64,000 bases of DNA from an uncultured archaeon (GTDB lineage Archaea; Altiarchaeota; Altiarchaeia; IMC4; SCGC-AAA252-I15): the NCBI GenBank assembly GCA_964587725.1, contig CAZPLO010000001.1, positions 1 through 64,000 on the forward strand, in the 5' to 3' direction. Every line of letters begins with the position of its first letter. Within the stretch, counting starts at the first letter, position 1. The translations under genes and the position numbers were made by a program. Shown here piece by piece: positions 9,283-17,642 of this stretch. The notes under the pieces are model-generated. The model did not search any database, was not told the origin of the DNA, and was given only the letters and a program-made list of their open reading frames with translations.

Positions 9283-9301
9283 CGCCTCCGGCAGGACTTG
9301 A
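9283..9301 (-). repeat. 19-bp direct copy of the tRNA-Asn 3' end (att-like)
   Basis: CGCCTCCGGCAGGACTTGA is identical to 9431-9449. Confidence 0.92.
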
Positions 9302-9430
9302 GCGGACGGCTGTGCTCCGTCCGCACGCAGGTGGGTCTCCCTTCGGTCGAGCCCACGGAATATGATAATGCATTCGTGCCGTCGATAGACGGCACAATCC
9401 GTTGCGGCGTGGACTGACGCAACGGTCCTT

Positions 9431-9503
9431 CGCCTCCGGCAGGACTTGAACCTGCGACCACTCGATTAACAGTCGAGCGCTCTACCAACTGAGCTACAGA
9501 GGC
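9431..9503 (-). tRNA. tRNA-Asn(GTT)
   Basis: GCCTCTGTAGCTCAGTTGGTAGAGCG-CTCGA-CT-GTT-AA-TCGAG...GGTTCAAGTCC...GGAGGCG. Confidence 0.96.
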
Positions 9504-9586
9504 ATGCTCGTGTTTGTCTACCTCTAGCCAGGGTCATCGAGGGCCGTTGCCCGAAGATGGCCCATTCGCCGGCCTTACTAAGGCCG

Positions 9587-9603
9587 CAACGAGCTAAGAG
9601 GCA
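9587..9603 (-). repeat. Degenerate copy of the tRNA-Asn 5' end
   Basis: CAAC-GAGCTA-AGAGGCA versus CAACTGAGCTACAGAGGCA at 9486-9504, with two 1-nt gaps. Confidence 0.65.
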
Positions 9604-9658
9604 GAAGTAGGTATATTTAAAGGGTGTTTTAATTAAAAAATCCTTCCCATATCATAAT

Positions 9659-10066
9659 ATGAGTGGGATAATAGACTTTGGTGAAAAAAGGAGAGAGTTT
9701 GAGCGGCCTCTGGGTGAAGGTGAGAGACACGCTTTAACCGCGGTGGGCGACAGCGTCCGGGGCTATCTGAGGGAGCCAGAGTACAGTAGCCTCCAGGGGA
9801 ACAAGATCCTCGGATGGTTTGTTTCTTGCTCTGAAACAGGTGCTGAGGTTAAAAAAATTGAGTTGGAGAGGAATGTCGCCGCATTGCAGCATGATGGAAA
9901 CAGGACTGCGAGGGAGGTGGTTGTGAAGTCCATCGACGACACCCTTGACGAGCTGGGCGCAGACCTTAAAAGGGATGAACGGAGTGAAGTCATCCCAGAC
10001 GCCCAGTTCCTAAACCATCTCAGGGATAGATTAGCTGAAGGCGGTAGGGCAGGGGATTTAAAGTAG
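9659..10066 (+). CDS. Hypothetical protein
   Basis: 135-aa ORF with an AT-rich promoter-like upstream region; no motif recognised. Confidence 0.65.
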   Translation: MSGIIDFGEKRREFERPLGEGERHALTAVGDSVRGYLREPEYSSLQGNKILGWFVSCSETGAEVKKIELERNVAALQHDGNRTAREVVVKSIDDTLDELGADLKRDERSEVIPDAQFLNHLRDRLAEGGRAGDLK

Positions 10067-10068
10067 GC

Positions 10069-10656
10069 CTACTTAGCCTTCCGCCCCTTCGCCCGCAGCG
10101 ACGGCCTCACCTTCTCTGCGCCCCTGCCTTTTCGCCTGAGTCCGCGGCCTTTCCTGCCAGCAGGTGTCTTCCCGCGGAACACGCGTTTCTTGTGTTGGGT
10201 GCTCATCCAACCCACTTTCTTGTCTTTTTTGATTGCGGGGTGGGCGGGGTCGACCATTATGACTTCGTACCAGTTGTGTTTCCCGTCCTCCATCACCCAG
10301 TAGGATGCGAGCACCTGGAGGTTGGTGAATTTCTTCTGCGCCCTTTCCTCTGCGACACGCTGTATGCTTTTCGCAGGGGTTATCTTTCGGACCGCCATGC
10401 CCGCCGGCTTTCTGCCGCGGCTGGGCCTGCTCTTACGGAGGCCGCCGGTGCGGACACGAACCCTAGCCATGATGAAACCCTGTTTGGCTCGGTACCCGTA
10501 CTGGCGGGCGCGGTCTATGCGTGTCGGCTTGTCTATGCGGACGACCGGGTCCTCGCGCCGCCACTGTTTCTTCCGCTCCACCAACGTGTCGCCCAACTCC
10601 GCCTTGAGCCGTTTACTGTCCCTGTACAATTCCTTAACGTATTTCCTGTAGCCCAT
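10069..10656 (-). CDS. rpl15e: 50S ribosomal protein L15e
   Basis: WRRE..VVRIDKPTRIDRAR..GYRAKQG, AEERA, SYWV.EDG..WYEVIMVDP; start reassigned to MGYRKY. Confidence 0.96.
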   Translation of the reverse strand: MGYRKYVKELYRDSKRLKAELGDTLVERKKQWRREDPVVRIDKPTRIDRARQYGYRAKQGFIMARVRVRTGGLRKSRPSRGRKPAGMAVRKITPAKSIQRVAEERAQKKFTNLQVLASYWVMEDGKHNWYEVIMVDPAHPAIKKDKKVGWMSTQHKKRVFRGKTPAGRKGRGLRRKGRGAEKVRPSLRAKGRKAK

Positions 10657-10736
10657 CGCATAAACACCTTTTCCCGCTCGGATTCGGGGCCTTCCGTGCC
10701 CCACAGCTCCGCCCCCGTTTGGGGGATTGGGTGGAG
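10657..10736 (-). promoter_or_regulatory. Candidate structured 5' leader of rpl15e
   Basis: Hairpins CCCCC-gttt-GGGGG (10712-10725) and GGGGC-7nt-GCCCC (10686-10702) between TATA-like sequence and start codon. Confidence 0.5.
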
Positions 10737-10798
10737 AATATATACTGCAGGGGGGTTTAAAAATGGTTTATTTTAAGGCACGCGTTTAATATAGTTGG

Positions 10799-11422
10799 AT
10801 GCCTTGGAGGAGGTTTTTTAAGTGGTTCAGGGGCATGCTGGGGAAGCGGAAGGCCATCCGGCTGGGACTGTATGGGCCGCCTAATTCTGGGAAGACAACC
10901 CTCGCCAACAAGATATCCGTGGACTGGACCGGGGAGCCGGTGGGGTCGGTGTCGGAGGTGCCGCACGAGACCCGGGTGGTGCAGAAGAAGGAACACATTG
11001 AGGTCATGAGCGACGGGAAAAAAATCGAGATGAACCTGTTGGACATGCCGGGGATAGCTACGAAGATAGACTTCGAGGAGTTCCTGGAGTTCGGTTTGAG
11101 CAAGAAGGACGCTCAGGAGAGGGCCAAGGAAGCAACAAAGGGTGTCATAGAGGCGATTAAGTGGCTGGAGGACGTGGACACCGCGTTGGTGGTGATGGAC
11201 AGCACCAAGGACCCGTACACGCAGGTTAACATCACCATAATAGGGAACTTGGAGGCCAGGGAGATACCGGTGATTATTGTCGCGAACAAGATTGATTTGG
11301 AGGATGCGGAGCCGGAGAACATCCGGGAGGCGTTCCCCCAGCACCCTGTGGTGGAGATATCCGGTTTGAAGGGAGACCACATAGAGGACTTGTACCGGAC
11401 CATAGCGAAGCATTCACGTTAA
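10799..11422 (+). CDS. oapA: Era-like GTP-binding protein OapA
   Basis: GPPNSGKTTLAN, PHETR, DMPG, DPYTQVN, ANKID; first gene of the conserved three-gene operon. Confidence 0.9.
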   Translation: MPWRRFFKWFRGMLGKRKAIRLGLYGPPNSGKTTLANKISVDWTGEPVGSVSEVPHETRVVQKKEHIEVMSDGKKIEMNLLDMPGIATKIDFEEFLEFGLSKKDAQERAKEATKGVIEAIKWLEDVDTALVVMDSTKDPYTQVNITIIGNLEAREIPVIIVANKIDLEDAEPENIREAFPQHPVVEISGLKGDHIEDLYRTIAKHSR

Positions 11423-11423
11423 A

Positions 11424-11813
11424 ATGGAGATTGAGATAGATTTCATCAGCGCGGCCGTGTTGGACGGGATGAGCAGGGAGGGTAAGATGAAGTACATCCT
11501 CGACCACGTGAAGGAGGACAAGATACTGGTGATAGAGGAGGGGATGTCCGCGGTGGAGGAGTCGGCGCTGATACAGGCGACCATGGAGGAGGTGAACCAG
11601 AAGTTCACGGGCATAGAAGTCTCCACCCTCCGCGAGAAAAACCTCGACAGCATCCGCGAGAAACTCATCCGGCTACTGGGCGGCCGCACCGGCGGCCTCA
11701 CCGTGATAGGCCCGTCGAAGCTGGTCAGGCAGGTGAAGAAGGATCCGCGGAGCATCACCATGACCGCCGGCGAAGAGGAAAAGAAGAAGAAAGGCCGTAA
11801 GAAGAAAAAGTAA
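11424..11813 (+). CDS. oapB: DUF2073 family protein OapB
   Basis: ILVIEEGM..EESALIQATM..FTGIEV...GLTVIGP. Confidence 0.88.
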   Translation: MEIEIDFISAAVLDGMSREGKMKYILDHVKEDKILVIEEGMSAVEESALIQATMEEVNQKFTGIEVSTLREKNLDSIREKLIRLLGGRTGGLTVIGPSKLVRQVKKDPRSITMTAGEEEKKKKGRKKKK

Positions 11814-11859
11814 CCTGGGGGATACTTCTGTTTTTTTAGCCGAATCCACTTAATATAGG

Positions 11860-12246
11860 TTGAGGATGCCCCATAAATGCGCCCGGTGCTCCAGGATATA
11901 CGAGGACAAGGCGCCCGAACTGATTGAAGGCTGCAGCTGCGGCAGCCGCGTCTTCCTGTACCTGAGACCGGACTACGCCGAAACCGAGGAGGAGACCATC
12001 AGGATCCTAGAGGAGAAGGAGATAACCGAAAGCGATTTGGAGTGGCTGGATGAGGAGTTCAAGGACCGTCTGAAGGGGGGGGAGAAGACCATCAGCCTCG
12101 ACATCGAAAACGTGCTGCGCGTCGGGGAGGGGAAGTTCCAGTTGGACCTCCGCAGCCTCATGCGCGGCGAACCCATCGTGATTAAGGCGTCTGAGGGCGT
12201 ATACTACATAGACATCCAGTACGGTATGAAACCTAAGAGGAAGTGA
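11860..12246 (+). CDS. oapC: Zn-ribbon protein DUF2072 / OapC
   Basis: MPHKCARC...GCSCGSRVFLY...G.FQLDL..L...EGVYYI. Confidence 0.88.
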   Translation: MRMPHKCARCSRIYEDKAPELIEGCSCGSRVFLYLRPDYAETEEETIRILEEKEITESDLEWLDEEFKDRLKGGEKTISLDIENVLRVGEGKFQLDLRSLMRGEPIVIKASEGVYYIDIQYGMKPKRK

Positions 12247-12275
12247 ATCTTTTATCCGCTGACGTCAATTACTAA

Positions 12276-13610
12276 GTGATGATACACCCGGTTGAGTGGC
12301 GTTACTGCCGGCCTGAGGTCAAGGCGATTTTCGAGGAGGAGAACAAGCTGCAGCGTATGCTCGACGTCGAAGCAGCGTTGGCCCGTGCCCACGCCAAATC
12401 GGGGAACATACCCGCTGCGGCGGCGAAGAAGATAACCGAGAAGGCAAGGGTCAAATACGTTTCGGTGGAGCGGGTTAAGGAGATTGAGGAGGAGATAAAC
12501 CACGACGTCATGGCGGTCGTTAAGGCTCTTGCGGAAAAGTCCGGGAAGGCTGGGAAGTACGTCCACTTGGGCGCGACATCTAACGACATAACGGACACGG
12601 CGTTGGCGTTGCAGCTCCGAGAATACATACACTACCTTGATGAGGGTTTGGTTGACCTGCGCAACGTGTTGAAGGACCAGGCCGATGAACACATAAACAC
12701 CGTGTGCGTCGGCAGGACGCATGCGCAGCACGCCGTCCCCACCACGTACGGGCTGAAGTTCGCCATATACGCGGCAGAGGTTCAGCGGCACATACTCCGA
12801 GTGAAGGAAGTGAAGAGGAGGGTGTTGGTGGGTCAGATGACCGGCGCAGTCGGCACCCAGGCGGCATTCGGCCCCAAGGCCGTGGAGATACAGGGGCATG
12901 TGATGAAGGATTTGGGCCTGGACTCAGTGCTCGTGTCCAACCAGGTTATACAGAGGGACCGCCACGGCGAGTTCATGCTACTTCTGGCCTTAGTCGCGGA
13001 AACATTGAACAAGATAGCCACGGAGATACGGAACCTGCAGAGGACCGAAATCAACGAAGTTCGGGAGGGATTCGGGAAGAAGCAGGTGGGTTCGTCTACG
13101 ATGCCGCATAAGATGAACCCCATACACTCGGAGAGGATATGCGGGATAAGCAGGGTGGTGAAGGCCGGCGCCTTCGCCGCCTTGGAGAACATACCTTTGT
13201 GGCATGAACGGGATTTGACGAACAGCAGCTGCGAACGCATCATCATACCGGAAGCCTGCGTACTCACAGACTACATCATCGGCTTGACCGTCAACCTGGT
13301 GAAGAACCTGGTGTTCAACGAGGAAAACATCAGAAGGAACCTGGATATGACGCAGGGGAGGATAATGGCGGAGTCTGTGATGATAAGGATGGCGGACAAA
13401 GGCTTCAGCCGGCAGGACGCCCACTCAGTCGTACGCGACTGCGCGCTGAAAAGCTACCGCGAAGGCATTCCTTTCAAGGACGCGCTGATGGCAGACAAGG
13501 CGGTCACCCGCCTCCTCACCGAGAAGGGGATAGACGCCGCGCTCGACCCCGAGAAATACGTGGGGACGGCAGTGAAACAGGTCAGGAACGCTCTGAAGAA
13601 ACTGGTTTGA
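12276..13610 (+). CDS. purB: Adenylosuccinate lyase
   Basis: HLGATSND, GRTHAQHA, GSSTMPHKMNP, LWHERDLTNS. Confidence 0.97.
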   Translation: MMIHPVEWRYCRPEVKAIFEEENKLQRMLDVEAALARAHAKSGNIPAAAAKKITEKARVKYVSVERVKEIEEEINHDVMAVVKALAEKSGKAGKYVHLGATSNDITDTALALQLREYIHYLDEGLVDLRNVLKDQADEHINTVCVGRTHAQHAVPTTYGLKFAIYAAEVQRHILRVKEVKRRVLVGQMTGAVGTQAAFGPKAVEIQGHVMKDLGLDSVLVSNQVIQRDRHGEFMLLLALVAETLNKIATEIRNLQRTEINEVREGFGKKQVGSSTMPHKMNPIHSERICGISRVVKAGAFAALENIPLWHERDLTNSSCERIIIPEACVLTDYIIGLTVNLVKNLVFNEENIRRNLDMTQGRIMAESVMIRMADKGFSRQDAHSVVRDCALKSYREGIPFKDALMADKAVTRLLTEKGIDAALDPEKYVGTAVKQVRNALKKLV

Positions 13611-14328
13611 ACACGCCGCGGACCAACACCTCCTCCGACGGAACGACTTCCCCGCGTTCTTCAATGCCCTTAAGGTCTATGGACTCCCGACGGCCGTTTT
13701 TCTCACGGTATGAGTTGAACTCCCATTTAAAGTCCTCTAATGTCGAATCGGGTTTCTCCCGGAGCAGAGCATGCACGCTGCTGCTGCCGGGCATCCTCCA
13801 CAGGTAGTTTACACCCTCAGTGTACTTAACAATCAACTGCATGCCAGCATGTATGTTGGAGATGATTCCGTCATCCGTGACCTGGTCGACGACATCCTGC
13901 ATCTCCCGCCCCAGATACTTGGGGGGGTAGAAAAGTCTCGAGCCCTTGTTGGACACCGTGAACGCTGCCTCCCCGTCTTCAACGTTCCAGCTCAACCCCA
14001 CGGTCTCCTCCGGATTGAATCCGCAGCCGTGCTGCATTGCATTCAATAAAACCTCGTCCAGGAACATTTTAACCCCGAATCCCTTGTACCCCGCCTTCTC
14101 CGAAACAGCCATCAACGAATCCCCTATCTTCGCCTTAACATGTGTGTTAGGCCGTCTGTCACCGTCCTCCAGCACCCCAGCCCTAAGCCTGCACTGCCCC
14201 TTCAGGCCGGGCCTGAATTCGGTGTCCGATTCTATGAGGCCGTGGTCGACGAAGTCTTTCGGAGTAACATGCTCCTGTATACAGGGGTTAGATGGGGTCT
14301 GCCGTTTTCCCCGGATTTCATGCTCCAT
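13582..14328 (-). CDS. RsbW-like HATPase (HATPase_c_2) domain protein, degenerate
   Basis: N-box FLDEVLLNAMQHG; altered G1 box (TVSNKG) and G2 box (HAGMQLI). Confidence 0.65.
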   Translation of the reverse strand: MEHEIRGKRQTPSNPCIQEHVTPKDFVDHGLIESDTEFRPGLKGQCRLRAGVLEDGDRRPNTHVKAKIGDSLMAVSEKAGYKGFGVKMFLDEVLLNAMQHGCGFNPEETVGLSWNVEDGEAAFTVSNKGSRLFYPPKYLGREMQDVVDQVTDDGIISNIHAGMQLIVKYTEGVNYLWRMPGSSSVHALLREKPDSTLEDFKWEFNSYREKNGRRESIDLKGIEERGEVVPSEEVLVRGVFKPVSSERS

Positions 14329-14361
14329 TGTAGGATAACACGCAATACACCCATATAAACA

Positions 14362-15765
14362 ATGTCTTCCCTAATAGTTGCAATGGTGAAGCATAGGACG
14401 CCTGCCGAGCGGGCGGAACGGGAGACCAGGCTGCTGGAGCAGCTGCCCACGCCCGTGCAGACCCCCGGCAGGTGGGGGAGCCTGGAGCGGCTGGTGTTAA
14501 ACGACCTCAGGGCAGTGCACTTCGACTCCGGTCCTCCGTGGAATCAGGTTAGGGATAGGATTAGGAGGGAGCACGGAATCAGCGACGAATCAAGGGAGAT
14601 AACGGACCGGCTTCTGGACGGGACAGACGAACTCCTTGAAGTGTATAAAATACCCGCAGACAACGTGCAGACCATATTGAAGAACGTGAGGGGCGCTAAC
14701 CAGCTGGACACCCTCCTAATAGGGCTGCACGATCACAGGAGGAGACACCGCTACGCCGGCGGAGATGAACTCGGAGCCGAAGCCCTCCACATCCTGAGGC
14801 TGCTGCGCCGAGGCAAAACCCTGGGGGAGAAGATGGGTGAACACAAGGACGCCATAACAACCGCGGTGGGTGTCAGCCTCGTAGGCATAGCGGGGCTGCT
14901 GGCACTCGAACTGGGGATGGCAAGGATAAACGAGTGGAAGGAGGAGCAGATAAAAGAACACACCCGCCCGCCGGCGGTGGAACGGGTTGAAAAACCGACA
15001 ACCCGGAAGGAGGTTGAGACAGCAAAGCCACGGACCGGTGAAGAGAAACATGCTGCGGAGAGGATGGAGGAGAAACAGACTGAAGGTAAGAAAGGGGTGG
15101 AAGAGGAAGGAAGTAGAGGAGAGGGGGAGAAAGCGACTGAAACACCCATCTTCGAGGAACGACTGAAAAAGATACGGAAGAATCCTAAGAACATAGACAA
15201 CTATAGTCTTCTATTAACAAACAGTGAATTCGGATTTAACGGGCAGATGACCTCTCAGGAGATACAGGATTTCTTTGAACACACACCATACGGCAACAAA
15301 ACCCCGCTGGCAGAGCACACTGAAGGTGATAAAACCGCGGCCGAGATGATATACGACGCCGCTAAGGAAGCGGACGTGAACCCCCAACTCATAATGGCGC
15401 GACTCCAGGTAGAACAGGGTCTGATAAGCAGGACAGCCGCAGTGGGGGAACACAGCCTCGACTGGGCGCTGGGTGTGGGGGCCACAGACAAAGGCAGAAT
15501 AGAGGAATACAGGGGGTTTGGAAACCAGGTTGCCGGTGCGGCACAGACGTTGAGGAGGCTTTATGACGAATACGAACCGGGAGACGAAGACCATTCAACA
15601 GTGGGGATAAACTACGGTGACGACACAATCAAGCCGGAGAACGCCGCCACCTACGCCCTGTTCAGGTATACACCCCACACCATAGACACTGAACTGGGAA
15701 AAACTGGAGGCGGAAATTACCTGTTCATGAACGTATGGAACAGATTCGGATTTGACGAACGTTAG
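14362..15765 (+). CDS. Single-TM protein with C-terminal putative lysozyme-like domain
   Basis: Central TM, charged linker, then AAEMIYDAAKEADVNPQLIMARLQVEQGLI...GFGNQV...NAATYALFRYTPH...GN..F. Confidence 0.65.
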   Translation: MSSLIVAMVKHRTPAERAERETRLLEQLPTPVQTPGRWGSLERLVLNDLRAVHFDSGPPWNQVRDRIRREHGISDESREITDRLLDGTDELLEVYKIPADNVQTILKNVRGANQLDTLLIGLHDHRRRHRYAGGDELGAEALHILRLLRRGKTLGEKMGEHKDAITTAVGVSLVGIAGLLALELGMARINEWKEEQIKEHTRPPAVERVEKPTTRKEVETAKPRTGEEKHAAERMEEKQTEGKKGVEEEGSRGEGEKATETPIFEERLKKIRKNPKNIDNYSLLLTNSEFGFNGQMTSQEIQDFFEHTPYGNKTPLAEHTEGDKTAAEMIYDAAKEADVNPQLIMARLQVEQGLISRTAAVGEHSLDWALGVGATDKGRIEEYRGFGNQVAGAAQTLRRLYDEYEPGDEDHSTVGINYGDDTIKPENAATYALFRYTPHTIDTELGKTGGGNYLFMNVWNRFGFDER

Positions 15766-16694
15766 AGCACGTACACTCTGCCGTCGAGCAGCAGATACTC
15801 CACCTCATCCCCTTGACTCAGCCCTTCCTTCAAGGGGGCCTGCCGGGTTTCGAACGACTTCTGGTCCAGCAGCTGCATGCCGTCCGGCCTTATTTCAGTC
15901 ACCAACGCAGACCGGACACCCGACGCTCCAGCCAGCACTTCGGAGTCCTCGAGCTGGTGGAGGCTGGCGGACTTAACCTTCCCGGACTCTATGTCCAATA
16001 GTTTCACCGTCCGGCCCAGCTCCGACACCCGGAACGGCCGGCCCTTAAATCTTATGAAGTCGCCTTCGCCGAAGCTGGGGTGTTTGACGCTGAAGTAGTG
16101 TCGGTAGACGTCGCGGCCGTTTCTTTTCCCGAACAGTTTGCTGGACTCCTTCACCAGATAACCCCGGCTTATGAAGTCGGACACCATGGTGCGTGCGTAC
16201 TCCAGGGAGGTGAGGTATGCGTCGTAGCCGCCGCGCACCTTCTCCAGCTTCGCCAGCTTCCTGCGGTCCCACTCCGGCCGCAAACCCATGTCCCTCACCT
16301 GCATCACAGCCTCGTAGTATCCGCTGCCCAGCCGCCTGCACTCCTCGCACACGGTGCGTTCAGGCCGCACCTCCCAATGCAGTCTGTCTTCGAACGGAAC
16401 ACGTTTGTAGGATGCCTTCACCTCGACGTCGAACAGCATGCTACCTGCCTTCTCTTCCGCCCGCACCCGCAGCCGCCTTACCCTAACCCCCTCCGGCGGG
16501 TGGATGCTCTTCTCCGCGACGTCGTGGAACAGTTTCATCCGGTCGTCGTACCATTTGCCTTTGAAGAACATGAGCCCGCACTCGCACACCCGGTACGAGT
16601 CCGGCTTCACCCTGAACGGGTGCTTCTTCACATAGCATTCCGGGCACACGCCGCCTGAGGGGCGGCCGCAGCTTGGACACGGTAAATCAGCCAT
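15762..16694 (-). CDS. nmd3: NMD3 family protein
   Basis: CPSCG...CPEC, CEECRRLGSGYYEAVMQVR, KLFGKRNGRDVYR. Confidence 0.88.
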   Translation of the reverse strand: MADLPCPSCGRPSGGVCPECYVKKHPFRVKPDSYRVCECGLMFFKGKWYDDRMKLFHDVAEKSIHPPEGVRVRRLRVRAEEKAGSMLFDVEVKASYKRVPFEDRLHWEVRPERTVCEECRRLGSGYYEAVMQVRDMGLRPEWDRRKLAKLEKVRGGYDAYLTSLEYARTMVSDFISRGYLVKESSKLFGKRNGRDVYRHYFSVKHPSFGEGDFIRFKGRPFRVSELGRTVKLLDIESGKVKSASLHQLEDSEVLAGASGVRSALVTEIRPDGMQLLDQKSFETRQAPLKEGLSQGDEVEYLLLDGRVYVL

Positions 16695-16733
16695 ACAGGC
16701 TTTTTATAGGAAGATACCCTATAAAATAGGGTC

Positions 16734-16889
16734 ATGGCCCGGAACAAGGAGCAGCACAAGAAGGACGAGCTCGTTAAAGCCAACAGAACCCGGAAACGAG
16801 CCCCCATATGGGTTTTCGTCAAAACAGACCGGAAAGTAAGGGACAGCCCCAAAAGCAGGAGAAACTGGAGGCGCAGCAGCCTCTACTAG
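16734..16889 (+). CDS. rpl39e: 50S ribosomal protein L39e (absent from ORF track)
   Basis: Manual translation MARNKEQHKKDELVKANRTRKRAPIWVFVKTDRKVRDSPKSRRNWRRSSLY. Confidence 0.92.
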   Translation: MARNKEQHKKDELVKANRTRKRAPIWVFVKTDRKVRDSPKSRRNWRRSSLY

Positions 16890-17635
16890 AAGGATTCTAT
16901 TAAACCAGACAGCTCCCTACGCACTCGTTCATCCCGCAGGTCATGCACGTCCAGGTCTACCGGCCGATCATAGAGGTTAAGCCCGTCCAGCAGCTGCGGA
17001 ATGTCTGAAGCCTCCATCTGGGACACAATCTCCTCCAGGTTATTGGAGCGGGGCTTAACCCACACCGTGGTTGAGTTGACGTATCCGTCCTTATGCTTCA
17101 CCGGATGGGCTAAGGACGCCGGGTCCCTCTGGACGCCATGGGCTATCTCAACCCCCTCATGCGCTATGACGGTGAAGTGCTCAAGGTCGTATTCCTTCCC
17201 GGTCATCTGCTCAAAGCCGGTTAGGGTGCATCTGTCACGTATCCCCTTTGACGCTTTTTCAATGGATTCTCTGTCGCCTACAAACCATACCGTTGACATA
17301 GACGACTCCCACACGTCCGCGTAGTCTCTTGGAGTGAATGATACCACACCCCCCTCCGGAGTCTTCTTCACAACCAGACGATGTCCCGCCGGGGTTTTGT
17401 AGTCGAATCTTTCAATAGACGACTGTAGAACGGGCTCTCCAAAATAGTCCGATGGTGCGTTGAAAAAACGCAGCTTCGAGAAAAAACACTCTCCCTCCGC
17501 CGGCAGGAGAAGATGCCTGACAGCTGACAATCCTGATATACCCTGGGGCTCGCCGCCGGCCATCAACTCAACATCCGGCACCGGCTCTTTACCCCTGTTC
17601 CTCTGACGTCCTTTACCCCCTACAGTGTTCATCAT
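16886..17635 (-). CDS. Hypothetical protein
   Basis: 249-aa ORF co-oriented downstream of trxB; no motif recognised. Confidence 0.65.
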   Translation of the reverse strand: MMNTVGGKGRQRNRGKEPVPDVELMAGGEPQGISGLSAVRHLLLPAEGECFFSKLRFFNAPSDYFGEPVLQSSIERFDYKTPAGHRLVVKKTPEGGVVSFTPRDYADVWESSMSTVWFVGDRESIEKASKGIRDRCTLTGFEQMTGKEYDLEHFTVIAHEGVEIAHGVQRDPASLAHPVKHKDGYVNSTTVWVKPRSNNLEEIVSQMEASDIPQLLDGLNLYDRPVDLDVHDLRDERVRRELSGLIESF

Positions 17636-17642
17636 CCCAGCT

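Noticed and set aside
9246-9488. 80-aa ORF
   Set aside because: Overlaps tRNA-Asn and the hairpin cassette; spurious translation
10737-12246. Replication origin beside oapABC
   Set aside because: No cdc6/orc1, ORB repeats or long AT-rich intergenic region nearby
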